Shown here piece after piece: positions 37,102 to 51,029 of a stretch of 64,000 bases of DNA. The stretch's first letter is position 1. Every line of letters starts with the position of its first letter. The notes under the pieces are model-generated. The model saw only the letters and a list, made by a program, of their open reading frames with translations. It was not told the DNA's origin and ran no database searches. Source of the DNA: Marsupella aquatica (taxonomy: Eukaryota; Plantae; Marchantiophyta); assembly GCA_973895155.1 (NCBI GenBank), contig OZ316896.1, positions 14,294,684 to 14,358,683 on the forward strand. The letters are read 5' to 3'. The position numbers and the translations under genes are program-made.

Positions 37102-39468
37102 ATGGCGGGCACAATAGCACCGTCCTGGATTCCCATCAACTGCAATCTCCGGGCAAGCGCATCATCAGCAGTCTCAGGTTCCTCAGGCTCATGCTCATAC
37201 TCATCTTCGAGCTCTGGATGTGGCCTACAGAGCTTGACCGGGCTCAGACGCGCAGGTGCTGTCGATGCTCTGACCTTGAGGTCTGGACGGGAGTTGCAAG
37301 CCGTTGTCTCGACCGCTGCTGGTGCTTGTAGGGCAACTTCAGGAGTGACCGCAGTCGCCGAGTCTGGAGAGAAGCCAATTGAGCTAACAATTGCTAGCCC
37401 CGCTGCCCAAGAGGATGAAGCGGCATCGCCCAATGGCCCTGAAATATCCTCCACACCGGATGTCGAGTTTGTGAAGAGAGTCCCTAGTGCTGGCTCGAGA
37501 AATTCTTCCACTGAGGATCATGTCCGGTCAGGGAGCTTTAATAGTGCAACAGATTCTTACCGCCCGGGAGCTCGCAGGAGCTCGGAGATCGCTGGCAGCT
37601 CATTTCGCCCGGGACCTATTCCGAGCTCGATTGCCAGTAAGCAAAAGGCCAAAGATGTCTTTGTGGATAGGTGGATTGCCCCCGGTTCGAAGCTACATGA
37701 TGTGAAGCAGATTCTGGAGAGGCTGGAGAATGCACAGCCCACAGATGAAGGCGTGAAGGCGGCCATGGAGGGGTGGGATACCGCTATAAACCCCAGAGAC
37801 ATGAGTAGCGTTATAGGAAATCTCAAGTGGAGAAAAGCGCAGGCCTTCTTCAATTGGTTACAATCCGAGGGTTACGAGGTCAACGTGGTTGTGTACAATG
37901 TGCTGCTGGGAAGATTCCGTGCTGGAAGGGTTTGGAGTAATGCGGAGAATTTTGCATACCAGATGATAAAGGACGGGATTAAGCTCGACAATTACTCTTA
38001 TAGCACTCTAATTAGTTGTGCCCTCCAATGCAGCCTTCCTACGGAAGCCTTGAAATGGTTTGATAAAATGCATGAAGACGGCTGTGTTCCAGATGAGGTG
38101 ACTTACGGCAACATGGCCCTCGTGTACTCCAGACTAGGGAGGTACGGCGATGCCGAGGAGCTTTATGAGCGCCTCAGGGAGACTGGGTGGAAACCGGACA
38201 AGGTGACGTTTGGAACAATGGTGAATGTCTACTCGAGAGGGGGGAATTATTTCAAAGCTGCAGCTTTGATTCGAGAGATGCAGGAGGCAGGTTTACAGCC
38301 AGAAGCTGTGGTGTACAACACCTTGATCAGGTATCTTACTCGTGAAGGGAAAATTGGGCAGGCCAAGCGAGTGTTCCAGGACATGGAGAAAGCAGGGGTG
38401 AAAGCCACAGAGTACACTCTTAGTCTGATGGTTGATGTTCATGGCCGAGCTGGGGAAACCAAGGAAGCATTTCAGTTGTTCACCCGGATGAAAGAAGAGA
38501 AGCTACCACTGGACGTGGTGGTGTACAACTCGCTGTTAAAAATGTGTGCGGAAGAGGGATTGGTTGGAGAAGCTGAAAATATGCTTGCCGGGATGGTAGG
38601 GAGAGGTTTGAAGCCAGACACTGTCACCTATAAATCGGTAATAAATCTTTATTCCAGGGAAGGAAGGATTAAGGATGCAGAGAAGTTTGCCAACAGAATG
38701 GTGGAAGCTGGCTTTAAGCGAGATGTGATTGTGTACTCCTGTTTGATCAAAGCCTGTGGCATGACAAAGGACTTCAAGACAGCTGCAACGTTCTTGGACG
38801 AGATGCTGGCCGATGGGTGCCAGGTGGATGACAAATGCTGTGGAGTTCTGCTTTCCCTCATGAATTCTTGTGAGACAACGGAGGACAGGACTCTCATGGT
38901 GGATTGCTTACGGAAATCAAAACCCGTTTTGGGTGGAATTGTGGATCTGTTACTGGCGGAGTTTCTAGATTTGGATGCCCTAGAGGACCTGGTCCGACGT
39001 TTATTATCTGAATCTGAGGAAGACTCTCATCGACCTTTCTGTAATGCCTTTGTCGACTTATGCTGGGCCTTGGACAAGAAGTACACAGCTCAAAAGTTCC
39101 TATCACTTGCAGACTCCCTTGGTGTCTACAATGGTGGTCTCAGGACAAAAACTACGAAGCTCTGGATGTTACATCTTCGGTCCCTTTCCTTCAACACAGC
39201 TGAATGTGGTCTCCTTGCTTGGATACAATATTTGAAAGAGAAACTGGAGCTCGGAGAAGCGTTCCCAGAAGGTCTAGTCATCGAAACGGGTGTTGGAAGA
39301 AATAGAGGTGAGGTAACTCGTTTGTTCGATGTGATATTATCCAAATTGAAGGATATCGGTGCGCCTTTCGAACCCAGCTCAGAAAGAACGGATTGGATAA
39401 TATCGGAGGGGTCTGCCACCAAAGAATGGCTAACAGCATCCAAAGCATCACCTAACACCGGTGACTAA
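37102..39468 (+). CDS. P-type PPR protein with C-terminal SMR domain (SVR7/ATP4/SOT1-like), probably plastid-targeted; intronless
   Basis: Ser/Ala-rich N-terminus, about 9-10 35-aa repeats (VVYNVLL, YSYSTLIS, PDEVTY, PDKVTFGTMV, PDTVTYKSVI) and an SMR-type tail (WMLHLRSLS...IETGVG...LKDIGAPF). First ATG is at 37102. Confidence 0.92.
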   Translation: MAGTIAPSWIPINCNLRASASSAVSGSSGSCSYSSSSSGCGLQSLTGLRRAGAVDALTLRSGRELQAVVSTAAGACRATSGVTAVAESGEKPIELTIASPAAQEDEAASPNGPEISSTPDVEFVKRVPSAGSRNSSTEDHVRSGSFNSATDSYRPGARRSSEIAGSSFRPGPIPSSIASKQKAKDVFVDRWIAPGSKLHDVKQILERLENAQPTDEGVKAAMEGWDTAINPRDMSSVIGNLKWRKAQAFFNWLQSEGYEVNVVVYNVLLGRFRAGRVWSNAENFAYQMIKDGIKLDNYSYSTLISCALQCSLPTEALKWFDKMHEDGCVPDEVTYGNMALVYSRLGRYGDAEELYERLRETGWKPDKVTFGTMVNVYSRGGNYFKAAALIREMQEAGLQPEAVVYNTLIRYLTREGKIGQAKRVFQDMEKAGVKATEYTLSLMVDVHGRAGETKEAFQLFTRMKEEKLPLDVVVYNSLLKMCAEEGLVGEAENMLAGMVGRGLKPDTVTYKSVINLYSREGRIKDAEKFANRMVEAGFKRDVIVYSCLIKACGMTKDFKTAATFLDEMLADGCQVDDKCCGVLLSLMNSCETTEDRTLMVDCLRKSKPVLGGIVDLLLAEFLDLDALEDLVRRLLSESEEDSHRPFCNAFVDLCWALDKKYTAQKFLSLADSLGVYNGGLRTKTTKLWMLHLRSLSFNTAECGLLAWIQYLKEKLELGEAFPEGLVIETGVGRNRGEVTRLFDVILSKLKDIGAPFEPSSERTDWIISEGSATKEWLTASKASPNTGD

Positions 39469-42400
39469 GGAGTTGAGTGAACAATAGGATCTCTTTTCAA
39501 AGGAGCTCTACAGCTATGTCAGTAATCGTTTCTGACTTAGTTAAACAGATGCAGGAGGCAGATAAGCCGTGTTTGTGGAAGAGATGCTGGGATTGAAGCC
39601 AGTCCAGTGTGTTGGCCCTCGATTTTGATCAAACTGAGTAGCTTTGAATTAGCTAAAATAGGTGTCCACTGTTCTGATGTAATAATATTATAGTAGAATT
39701 AGAAACGGTGGGTTATGTTGAGGACTTCCATACTCCTAGAATGAAGGACTGAGTTACGTTTTCTAATTTAGAGAATGCTCGGTTCAATAATCCATTTGCG
39801 AAAGTTCGGATAGATGCAAACGCCGTAGGTCTAGTCAGTAAATTCTTTACAATGTTTTCTCGTAAGACCATTGCTCAGTCACTTGATTTGCGCATTTGGG
39901 TGAGTATGGTATTGAATCTGCGTGACCTAATAAATATCAGCAAACTAGAACACCGAAATGTGAAATTCTTGTTGTGGTCATCGGTCGCTTACGTATTGAG
40001 ATCACACAAGACTGACATATGTGATATCACATGCTTTACTTTCCAACCTCATCTCTGTATTCCTCCTGCAAACGGTATGTGTCTTATGAAGTAATGTAAT
40101 GGCTCATCACACTCGTTGGTTAGGATTTTGCTGAAGCCTTGGACTTCTTCTGCATCACACGATCGTTTCCGATGAGTTTTGACTTGTTTACCCGATTTAG
40201 CGTAGGAATCAGAAAACCTTCCCTTCAATGGTTATCCATCTTCATGTGATCTCATGACCACGGTTCTCCCAGTAATGGTTGGACGACAGGAGAATCAGTG
40301 ACATTTCAAATTTTTTAATCAAGATTGTGCTTGCAGTTGCAATTTCAATGTAGTGAGCAATCTGGATGGTAAGTTACTCACTCTAGGCGGTCAAGTGATG
40401 GGATCCGATGTAGTCTCCACTTTGTCACAGCTACTAACGAGACATAAATCGCAAGCACCGTGTGGCCAAGTGGTCTTTCTACGGTGGCCAAGGCATTGGC
40501 ATCTAGGACCAGGAGCTCTCAGTTGGATATGAAGTATGAGTTGAAAGGAATGAAGAAGAGAAGGACTTGGAAAGAGAAAAATGATGTCAACTATGGACCC
40601 AACAGAAGGACTCTCATGAGAAGCCAAACATGGTCTGTCTTTGGTTCAGATCTAAAACCTTTATCCAGGGAGAACAATTTGGGTTTTGGATTCAGAGATG
40701 GCTGTTTTTACATTAACAGAATCAGAGTGCAACCTCGTTTGAGATGAGTTGCAAAGATGAAAACATACAGGGAAATAGAGCTATGGATGTAGCTAGTATC
40801 ATGAAAGGACGAGCTTTGTGGTGTTCAGCTATTACTCAGCTAGAGGTAATATCATCAGAGGACAGAAAAGTGAAGATATTATTTGAGTTGAAAGAAAAGT
40901 GTGAAGAGGTTTTTGTATCTTCCATTAAAGCAATTTTCAATGAAAATCCTGATTTGACACAACCTAAATGCAATTTCCTTTACATTTATTGAGGCATAGC
41001 CCAGTGCCCCTGTGTTGCACAATTGTCATTGTGGCCATGTTTGTTGCACGATTATGTGGAGGAGAATAAAAGAATTGCAGGGAGGCAAAAAAGTAGTTCC
41101 AACCATGTAGCATATATAGTCATGTTGTAATTATTTATGCGATTGTTTTTGTTTTGGCTGGGTGACGGTTTGTTGTGGAAATGTAATCATGCTGGTTGAT
41201 GTTGTTGGCAAGGGCTGAGGGGAGTGCAAGAGGGGCAAAGGCAGCTGGGGTGTCGCAGGGTCCCAAGCATGGTCCAAGAGAGCTACATGGAAGGAGAATA
41301 TTTATTCTATTATTTTTCCCTCCACTGTGCCCTCCACTAAACCCTAAACCCTAAACTCCTTTCTCTCCTCTAGCTCTCCAGCACTCCTCTCCTTCTGCTC
41401 CCTGGCAAATAAAGGAGGGAGAGTATGCACACACATGGGGAGGTAGGTAATGACAGGTATTAGGAGGGGTCCACTGGTGATCCAAAGAGACAGAATTAGC
41501 AGGCCCATCATTGACAACTAGGATTGCTTCCTCCCTAGAACTCTTTTTGTAAACAGACCTTTAAGGTCATGTGTTTAGTTATTATAGTACTTGTCCATTG
41601 ATTCCTCTCCACCTTGTAACTGTTAATGCCTCATTACAAGTACAAGATCTACTGTCTCTGCAAAGCTGAGCATTGAAAATAGTTTGAAAATCCTGACAGG
41701 GTCAATGTGTGACCCAATCATAATCAAACACATAAAAATGTATATCACATTGCCAAAAAAAAGTGTGGCCAACTGGGAGACATGATCCCTCAGGCAAAGG
41801 ACCCAATCAAGGGGGGACAACCAAAGGGCCAAGAAAGGCCAAGAAACAAGGAAACAAGAGAAAAACAACAGACCTAAAACCCGAAGCCTAAAGCCTATCG
41901 ATCGGCAAACTGAAGAGCCTGGTAGAGGTCCGGTGTGAACTGCAAGTAACATAACCTAAAAGTACCATAAAACATGTACATAATACTTTACAAGCATAGG
42001 ATCTCCCATATTTTTCCCTGCATATGAGGGTTGACACACAATTGCCCTATACCTTGCAAAGATTACCGTAAGCCCTTGATCCTACACATTAAGAAATTTG
42101 GTGAAATAGGTTTTGGTGTGATTGCATACTATAGTGTTTGACAAACCCCTCACCCAATCCCCATTCTATGAGACTCCGTGTGATCCTCATCAAACTGCTT
42201 GGAAAATTGGTTTAGAGTGTTTGACAAATCCTCCCCTAATAAGCCCTATTCTATGATACTCCATGTAATCCTCGTCAAACTGTTTCGTAAAGTCGTCCTC
42301 TCTCTATTTAGTGATGCTGCATTCCTTTCAAGGCAAAATACCCAGTCTATGTGCGGCAAGGCAAAACCCAAAACCCCAATGGCAGTGATCGAGCGCAAGG

Positions 42401-42767
42401 AGCGAAGAACAAGGTGCCTAGGCGAGACTGATGGCCTTTGCCAGTAGCTATTTGCGAAACGAGTTGCATAGTGTTGAAGAATTCCATCGGGTTACGGAAG
42501 ATTTAGATCGATGCATGATTGAGATTGTCTTCTGTATGTGCCTCATGAAAGACATCCGAAGGTTTAGCCGGGAATAACCATTCGAACCCATTGCTGGGTC
42601 TCTTCACCACCATATTGAGATTGCAATCGTTGGCTCTTTTCTGCATCGATTTGAGCTCTCATTCGAGAATTCTTCCGATACCGAGTTTGGTGGTCTTTCG
42701 TGTGGCTAAACGCATCGCAGCACTGCTCCCAGATTGAAGAATTTGAATCTCTACGCTTCATTTAGCG

Positions 42768-44748
42768 ATGAAGGAAGGTGAATACAGTACTCCAGGGGAG
42801 GTTCTGGGATGGGCGTCTGAGTATGTTGCAGGCTCGGGCACCTATGTCCGGAATCAAAAGGTCTATGCGTCGGTAGTTGGTCGTCAAAGGGTTGTGCCTG
42901 CCGCTGGTGACTCCGACGATCAGGTACTTTACTCTTCACAGAGCTTAAGCAGACTTTTTCTGAACCAAATTCACTCTTATTTTTCTGCCAATCTATTGAA
43001 CCTGCTTGTTGAAAACCCTAAACCCTACGCTCCCATGTTCACTGGGCAGAGCTTCTTTTATATGTGAAATGCACTGTGGTTGAGGCCAGAAGAACCATCA
43101 TGTCGCCAGCATTGCGACAAGCCACCGCCTCTGATTTAAGGGTTGTAGAAAGAGTGGAGCATGCCGGAGCCAGCTCGCGGTCCACCAGCTGCTGCAGGCG
43201 TAAACCAACCGAACGGATTTACAAACTGATGTATTTGTTTCACAGAAGCCAACAATTGAGGTGAAACGAGAGAGGGAGCGGGGCGCCGTACCTGAGCCCG
43301 GTGCCATTGTCACTGCCAAGGTAGGGTTCAGCTTATTTCCAAGGATTTGAATTGAATTGGTGCTATTTTGGATTCTGTGTATACGTTACAAAAGCCTGAA
43401 TGAATGTCTGCTCCCTGGTTCTAGTCGGTCAGTTTATGAAGAGCACACTTTAAAGATTATCCTTTTCGTGACTCTTGCATGAATTGTGTCGAGATTTTTT
43501 GAACCGTTTCATGATAGCTTTGGAAAGGTCCCTAGCTTCAATAACTATTGCTGAGTCTCGTTTTCTGACAGGTTTTCTTGTTTGACCCTTCAGTAACTAG
43601 CTCAATGTTTCGTCTAAATCCTTCTCTTAGCTAAATTAAAAAATTTCGGTATTTTCATAACGACCTACTGTACGTAACTATGTTGTGGAAAGGTCTGGGG
43701 CTTCTTTATTCAACATCATGTTGTATAACCTTTCCAGCAATGTCTCTAACTTGCTGCAGATAACAAAGCTTCAACATCGAATGGCCTCTGCTGATATTGT
43801 TTGCGTGGGACTTCAAGCTATTAAAGAGAAATTCACTGGCATTGTCAGGTATAATGAATATTCCTAGCATAGTGACTTTGTGAATTTGTTTGGTAGTCTG
43901 TAGGACATTTCTATTGACTATAGCTTTGTAAGAGACAAACATGGGGACCGTAATTGTCCAAGGTAGGCTACAGAATGACGGCTGCAAGTTTGCATTAGGG
44001 ACTGATAAAGCAATTGTCACTGTCATTTGCTGACAGACAGCAGGACGTCCGAGCAACGGAAATTGACAAGGTGGAAATGCACACTTCATTCCGCCCTGGA
44101 GACATTATTCGTGCAGAAGTTGTATCCTTGCAATGGATCTATTGAAAGAGTAGCTGGGCTGCAGGACCTTTGCTCTTCTCGCTCTTCTGCTCTCTCCACT
44201 GGTATGATCAGTTTGAAGGAGGCAGGGTTGCTAATTCTCATTTATGAGTTAAGGAGTATTTTATGATTTGACTTATTGCTGTTGCCAAGTGTCGTTGTAT
44301 CCTTAACATCACAGCTTTCTTTGGGAGATGCCCGGGCTTACTATCTTTCCACTGCGAAGAATGAGCTTGGTGTTGTCTCAGCAATTAGTGTTGCAGGTAC
44401 ATTTGCCACTTGTGTCTCCCTGTGAGGGTTTTGGATTTCTATTGAAAACATACCATAATTCTGTAGTACTTTGAAGTATCCGCTATCCTCAGTGAAGTGA
44501 TTGATTGGTTCAATTGGTAAAGAGCTGTATGCCTAATAGTCAATTCTTTGACCTTGAGAAACTTCAATGATACTGTTTGCAGATAGGATCATTCAAATGT
44601 TGTGAACGGGTGCTTTCCTCGTTGGGGCATTTTCATTTAATGTAGCGTGTTCTTCACAGGAGTAGAAATGGTGCCAGTCAGCTGGCAAGAAATGCAATGT
44701 CCCGTTACTGGCCAGAAAGAATTTCGGAAAGTTGCCAAAGTCTCTTAA
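42768..44748 (+). CDS. CSL4: Exosome complex component CSL4 (EXOSC1), 6 coding exons
   Basis: Exons read TPGEVLG..AGSGTYV..VYASVVG / GAVPEPGAIVTAK / ITKL..ASADIVCVG..KFTGIVR / QQDVRATEIDKVEMHTSFRPGDIIRAEV / LSLGDARAYYLSTAKNELGVV / MVPVSWQEMQCPVTGQKEFRKVAKVS*. Confidence 0.95.
44122..44314 (+). other. U12-type GT-AG intron in CSL4
   Basis: 5' site GTATCCTT and branch TCCTTAAC (44300-44307) just before ACAG, with no pyrimidine tract. Removal joins RAEV to LSLGD. Confidence 0.9.
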
Positions 44749-46853
44749 TGCTCTCAAAGAATTCAAATGATGTACATTTCCTCCACAACAATTCTAGCCT
44801 CCATCTTCTCCATCTACAGGTGACTTTCACTTCTCAAAATGTTGGATGAAGCATGTCTACTGACGTCAATTTGATGGATTTTTTTATTTCGGATTATCTT
44901 TGTCCATTGAATGCGTTATCGTCTGTCTGGCAGGTGGAGAATGCATCAAAGAGAATGACATCAATGGCTAATGAAAGGAGATACATTGTCTGGCCACTAC
45001 TCTGGTTTTCAGCTGAAAGATTCTAATGGGAAAGGAGGACGATTGATTTGATAGGTTACTGGATTAGGCGACCGTCCTCTTTCCATCCAATTCGCAAAGG
45101 TTAAATTCCTTTAGGACAAAGGTACGAATGTGATGCACTTGATTGCGGAGTCGTTTGCTTTATGCAATATTAAATGTGCAATAAATTTCCGAAAGGCTTT
45201 TTGAAGGAAAAAATTCGATGGTTTCCAAATCTGATCCTTAGGATGCAGAGATATGGTTCTGCCCTCCAGTGCCAAGATCTCTCTAAGTTAGCTTCAAATT
45301 GGTCGATGAATTTTCGAGATCATTCCAATTTCCCGTGGTCTCAATGCATACGAATGTTTCCAATTCAGTCCCGGACAACCCCTCAATTACAAGACATTCT
45401 TGGTGGGAACTTTTGTGAATGTTTCTATGAGCACTGCCAATTGGAAGGGACAGGAGGAGACCCATCATCCGCTTCTGACTGCACAGATTAATTTTAGTCT
45501 CCATTGGAACAGAAGCCGGAATCTGTCTGCACTCAGAGATGATTGCGTAGGTGAATGTCTTTATGGTGTTTCGGGTCTTTATACAGCCAGCTCTAGCTCG
45601 AATGAGGCCAGCTAGATCGATTCAGTCTAGTAATGCACAAATGCAATGGAAGGTTTTTCACGAGACAGAAGGGAAGTTATGTGCCAACAATCTGCTGGAT
45701 GGAGGCATGCAGAGGGCCGACTGAGAAGATTTTAACCTCATGCAAGGGCCCATTATAATCCAAACGCCTCTAAAAAAATGTTGAACAAATTTGCTTTATT
45801 TAAGGCAACACAAATAGCATAAAAAGCAATGATACTGATTGCAAGTGACTACATTGGGCTTAACATTTGACGAAATAGGTTTTTATTTTTTCAGAAAGTT
45901 GAAACGCTTTTTATTGAACATCCAAAGAACCACAACGCAGTAAGGAAAACACAATACCAGCAAAGTTTGACGAAGAAGCAGTGTCGCAAGTGCTTCAAGG
46001 TACACAAGCCTCCCCGAGGACATTTTTATCCAATACAAGCAAGAGCGGCAGGCGTTTTAGTGAGCTTGAAGCACAGGTTGAACAGAATCCACTGTCCAGG
46101 CTGTATTATGATCGTCCAGGCTGTATTGGAATTTAGGGGAGATAAAGCACTGCAAATATACTGAAAGTCCGCCGTGTGCTTTGACGCTCCCCTAACATAT
46201 GAACTAACTCCAAAGAGGTGGCAAAAACAACTTTGGGTGGAGTATGTCTCTATTAAGAAGTTGTACTAACGAGCATCCTCTCCTGTCGGGAAACATAACC
46301 TGAATTTGACTCATGAAGGGAGGGCCCATGCAATTTTCTTAAAGGTGGGACACCTTAGGCCACAAATACAGCCTGGGAAGACTACTTCTTTCTACATTCT
46401 CTGCAGCATTTGCAAATATACTCGCAGCCTCAAATATAATTGGGCAGTTGGGCGCTACTGTAGCTTTTCATCTTATTTGTCCAAGTTGACCCCCGTAATT
46501 CAAGTCGTCTCCTGTTGCCTTAAAGAACATAGAGTCAACTGTATGTTCAGGCAACTAATGCATTGAAGCACACTAGAGGCACTGTACCTATTTGCAACCT
46601 GACCACCATACGTTCACATTCAGGGCAGGGATTGATTTTCTTTGACACAGATCGGACCAGAAATTTTAAAAAGTGCAAAAGCATGACAAAAGGCCATGGC
46701 CATAGGAACTATCTCCTCCATTCAATCTCCCCCCAACTCATCCAGCCCTCAAATATACTCAAGTTCTGCATCACTGATGTGGGTAGCGAGGGAGCTGTAG
46801 GCCACATAATCAATAACTCATGCTATCCTACTCGGGACAAGAAGAATTCAGCT

Positions 46854-49800
46854 TCAATCCGATCCTCCTAATAGCATTGCAAAAATATCATTGGTCTTTT
46901 TCTCCTTCACTGCACCTTCAGTAGATCTATTGTTGCTGTCAACACTACTCTTCTTGAATTCGGATTTGGCAGGATCGTTGGCCTGATGATCTATATCTAC
47001 GTCCGCAGCTTTCCTTTTAGCACCAACCTCCAAGTTACTGCTACCTGAACATCTCGAGTCCAGATCAATTTTATGGCTAATGGACCTATACGCGACACTC
47101 TTTTGAGCTGCAAAGCTAGTCCTTGAATGCCTGTAGTCAGAGTTTCTAAAACAGAATTGTCCTCGACCGGATGGATCACTTGGTTCCGAGAAATCTGTCA
47201 GTCCACACTGAATCACAGGTGACATACCAGGCGGGTCTACGGCCAGGTTGATAGTATTAACATCCTCTACCCGATCACTGGTGTCTTTGGCTGAAATTGA
47301 ATCGTCCACAGATGGCCCGGTTATGTCATCCTTAGGATCAAGTCTGCATGTATCCGGCTGAACTTCCAAAATTAGCCCAGAACTTGCTGGTGTCTCTACC
47401 TGAGAAACCTGGTTGACTTTTAAGGGTATCTGTGACTTGACAGGTAGTTGTTCGGTATATGGCCCTGCAGTCACTGAGAAATTTAGACAAAGTACAATCG
47501 CCCTCCATAAAAACACACCCCGCAAAATGGTAATTTAAGTTTCCAGCTGGTCCAAAAGCCAAATCACCTGCTACGTATCTTGTGGCCATCAATCTATTGC
47601 CAAATGAAATAGGACACTACTTTGGACACGCCAGTGCTTGGAGTGAAGGCTTTCTTTACACGGATCAGACCTCCATAGTCACTTTTAGCTGGAACTACGT
47701 CAGCGAGAAAAAGCTAGAAATTTATCATTTGTGTAAACTGAGTAAGGAAGATATGTTCTTCGCTTACCTGCAATAGACGCTGGAACTTCAAGTTCACATC
47801 TTACTCCTGTCCGGTCGTCTACAAACCATAGTCGTGATGGGTCAGCCGGAATATCAGGAATTGTTCTTCTACAGTCTGAAACACTTGCTATTTTCTTCTC
47901 CGTCACGGATAGTTTAGCACCATCCCAGTGGCACTCTAGCTCAGTTGGGAGCCGGGTTTGACCTAGAACACTAGCAGAAACCTGCAATTCCAAGAGCGAC
48001 CTGAGTCCACTGGTGAGAACTAAATTTTACAAGAAGAGGAACCGCAAGGTGAAAGTAAGTAAACTTGGAGGAAAGCTATAAAAATTCATCTCCCATGTAA
48101 AACAGGACCTTTTGAGAGGGACGAAGCTTACAGATTTTCCTTCCAAAGAATAAATGAGGAACTTTTCCTTTCTCTGCCAAACTGTAGACAGTAGATTGAA
48201 TGCCGCGACTACCTCGTAAAGAATCTGCACAGAAAACACTAAAAGGTGACTGAGACTGAAAACCTTCTCATATTGGCATGGATGAACCTGGAAAGCATCA
48301 CTTTAGACCAGGTATGAATAGCAATCCGGCTCACGTTCTCATTCGTTTAGTCCTGATGTGATACTCTACAAAACTCTAGGTGTGGGGGTGGGGGAGAAAG
48401 TTCGGAAGTACAAGACCGATAATTGGTTTGCAATACAATCATGCAGGAATTGAACAGAAAATGAAAAGTGCATAATGGACATCCATACGTTCGATATGTT
48501 AGTAAAATGCTCAGCTCAGACTTGAGTTAACAAAGTGTTCACTGAATCACTTTGAACAACGAATCAGAAAGCAGGAATGACGGAAAATATACCTGTATGA
48601 GCAACACTCGGAACCGAGCAAGGCATGAGAACATTGTAAGAGCGAAGGGCATGAAGAATGACTGCCCAAGCAGACCCGCAAGCTGTCTAAAAAAGAAGTC
48701 AAGGGTGGATCGTTAAGCTATTTTGAATGCATAACCTGTACTAGTTCTGATTCAAGCTTCTACTATTTCAGTTATATATCTTTCCCCTCCACGCTACTAA
48801 CAACAGCGCCACCCCCTCACCCTTCCCCGGCACTGTCCTCCCACAGACAAGACACAGCCAAGAGAAGACATGGATTTGCTTCAACTTGTAGGACGCATAT
48901 GATGAGGATACGCGCTCCCGGCCATTATTGGTCCATCGCTCTGCATATGAACAATGTCAAATAAATCAGAATTGTGTTGCAGTAGTGTTCCAAAACTGGG
49001 GGAAGGGAAATGGAAAAGGCCGCTGCAATGCTTGCAATCTCTTTCAAATACGCCACCAGGGTTCTTGGACAGGCAGAGACGTGTACAAACAAGCAGAGAG
49101 AACTCACAGACCTGATTCAGCAATCTGGCAACGGATAGTAAGGTGCGGAGTGCTTTACTCTCATCAATTGCATCTTTGAACCTGAACAGCAGCAGATTTG
49201 CATGTCAGAAACTATGTTTTCTTCCCTCACAGGTGGCCCACGAGATTCGCAATAAACCATTCCCATTCTCTGGTTCGCTATTTAGAATTAAAACGCTCAG
49301 AAAATTTTGAAGGATTGGTGATGAAATTCTCTTTGACCCACTTGTTTTGTTTGACAGCTTTGAAAGACACACCGTCACGTCTCTTGGCAGTGAAGAACTT
49401 TGCCAAATTCTCCACTGTCTCATCCAGTCCTGATTTAGACAGCATTTGCATGTCTCTCCTAACCTAGCAACAAGACGTCCGAGCCCAGCGTATGAGAAAG
49501 GAAATGCCACTACTCATAGCCCCAAAAGCACGAATTATGGAATTAACTCCAAATGGAACAAATGACTCGTCTGTTGAGTACTGCGATCAATTTTACCATC
49601 CCTGTGAAATTGCAAAAGAAAACTTTGCAAATGCTGCTAATGAGACACTAAATACCTGTTGTATTCGTGTTAGGCCGAGAAACCATTTTATTCAAATCAA
49701 TACAAATGCCATCTCAGAAGCAGAGACTAGACACAAGGGAAGTGAGGGGAGATAAATTGCCGTCTTTCTAAAATTATTACAAGAGAATACCTCTGAAAGA

Positions 49801-49976
49801 CGCTGGTAATAAAGGGTACGCCGGTGCTGATTTTTGTTCTTGTACATGAGCCTCAGAAACAGCCCTGATTCGATTCTCAATTGTGCAAGTTGTTCCCTCA
49901 AACGGCTTCGCAAGTCTTGAGCCTCGTCATGGAGAGCCCTTTCAACCTTGTCCAAGTCAGCTAGCCCGCCCGCCAT
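46854..49976 (-). CDS. NEPRO/RMP64-like (DUF4477) protein, putative RNase MRP subunit; multi-exon
   Basis: Exons read LMYKNKNQHRRTLYYQRLSE / VRRDMQML / LLSVARLLNQ / SDGPIMAGSA / QLAGLLGQSFFMPFALTMFSCLARFRVLLIQ / ILYEVVAAFN / LECHWDG, with C-terminal DIFAMLLGG. The start may lie further upstream and the low-complexity 3' exons are less certain. Confidence 0.8.
48687..48911 (-). other. U12-type GT-AG intron in the NEPRO-like gene
   Basis: Minus-strand 5' site GTATCCTC and branch CCCTTGAC 11 nt before the intron end. Removal joins MAGSA to QLAGLLG in frame. Confidence 0.78.
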
Positions 49977-51029
49977 GCCCCCCCTCCCCGATGTGTTTCC
50001 CCCACCACAGTCCAAATGTGCCCACTCTTTCCACTTCAGCAGATAGTCCAGGCAAAGCGCACCACTCTCAATCACAGCAGCCACGCTCAGTGCCAAGGTC
50101 AGAGCAAACCTAAAAGATACAAAGCCACATTTTAATGACGCAACTACCTGGGCTTTCCCTCACTAGAATTCAAGGATGTTAATCAGGAATTTGCAATTCC
50201 TTGGAGTCGGTGAAGATTCGGAGCCCTGCAGCTTCAAAGTGTCTGACAAAACATTTCAACACTTCGAGATCATGAGATTCAAAGCATGTTTGGTGTGGAA
50301 TGAACATTACTTGTATGTACTAGCGTTCCCATTGTCACGTATTGCGAAATTCCACATCCAGAACAGACAAGCTTAGGGAAACAATGCATCGCTCCCACTT
50401 ACTGTCTCTGTTCACAAGATTCACACAGTTCATGAGAAGCGAAGATGACGAAAAGATTTCTATTAGCGTCTGATCAAACAGAAAATATCAGTCAGTGCAA
50501 GCCTCAAAAATCAGTCAACAACACCCAACCAAGATTCCCGAGATGTTTCATCGCAAAGTACAACCGTGTTTAATACATGGCTCCAGGTAAACAATACACC
50601 CTAGTTGGTCCAGAAGCAGGAAAATGAAAACCAGATCCTGGTAACCTAGCAATAGGATTAAGATGGGAGCTCGGTGGGAAGACTCTCATGAGTAGCTCCT
50701 CCCTTGACCACCAGAACTGTGGACTAGGGAGAGAGTACAGTTCCACAGTGAAGATGACCACATTTCAAGTGGACGAGGAAGAGGCGAGTTTCATGGTGAC
50801 AGCGCCACTGGCAGTGGATTCTAGCGTGTTGGATTCGAACACGAATTTAAAAAAGCAAGACTGCAAGCACAATTTCCTTCCAAAGCATTAATTTGTCTCC
50901 CACTTTCCTCGATTACTTACCGTGGAACTACTGAGCTTAATTAAACGGTACAACTGAGCGGAATTGCGAGAGCAGCAGTGTGCGGAGCCTTGAACTTGTT
51001 CCTTTCGTTTTCTTTCAACAAGAGTTGGG

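Noticed and set aside
40460-40992. Possible LINE ORF2 fragment
   Set aside because: Only a faint GG.GI similarity, which cannot be supported without a search.
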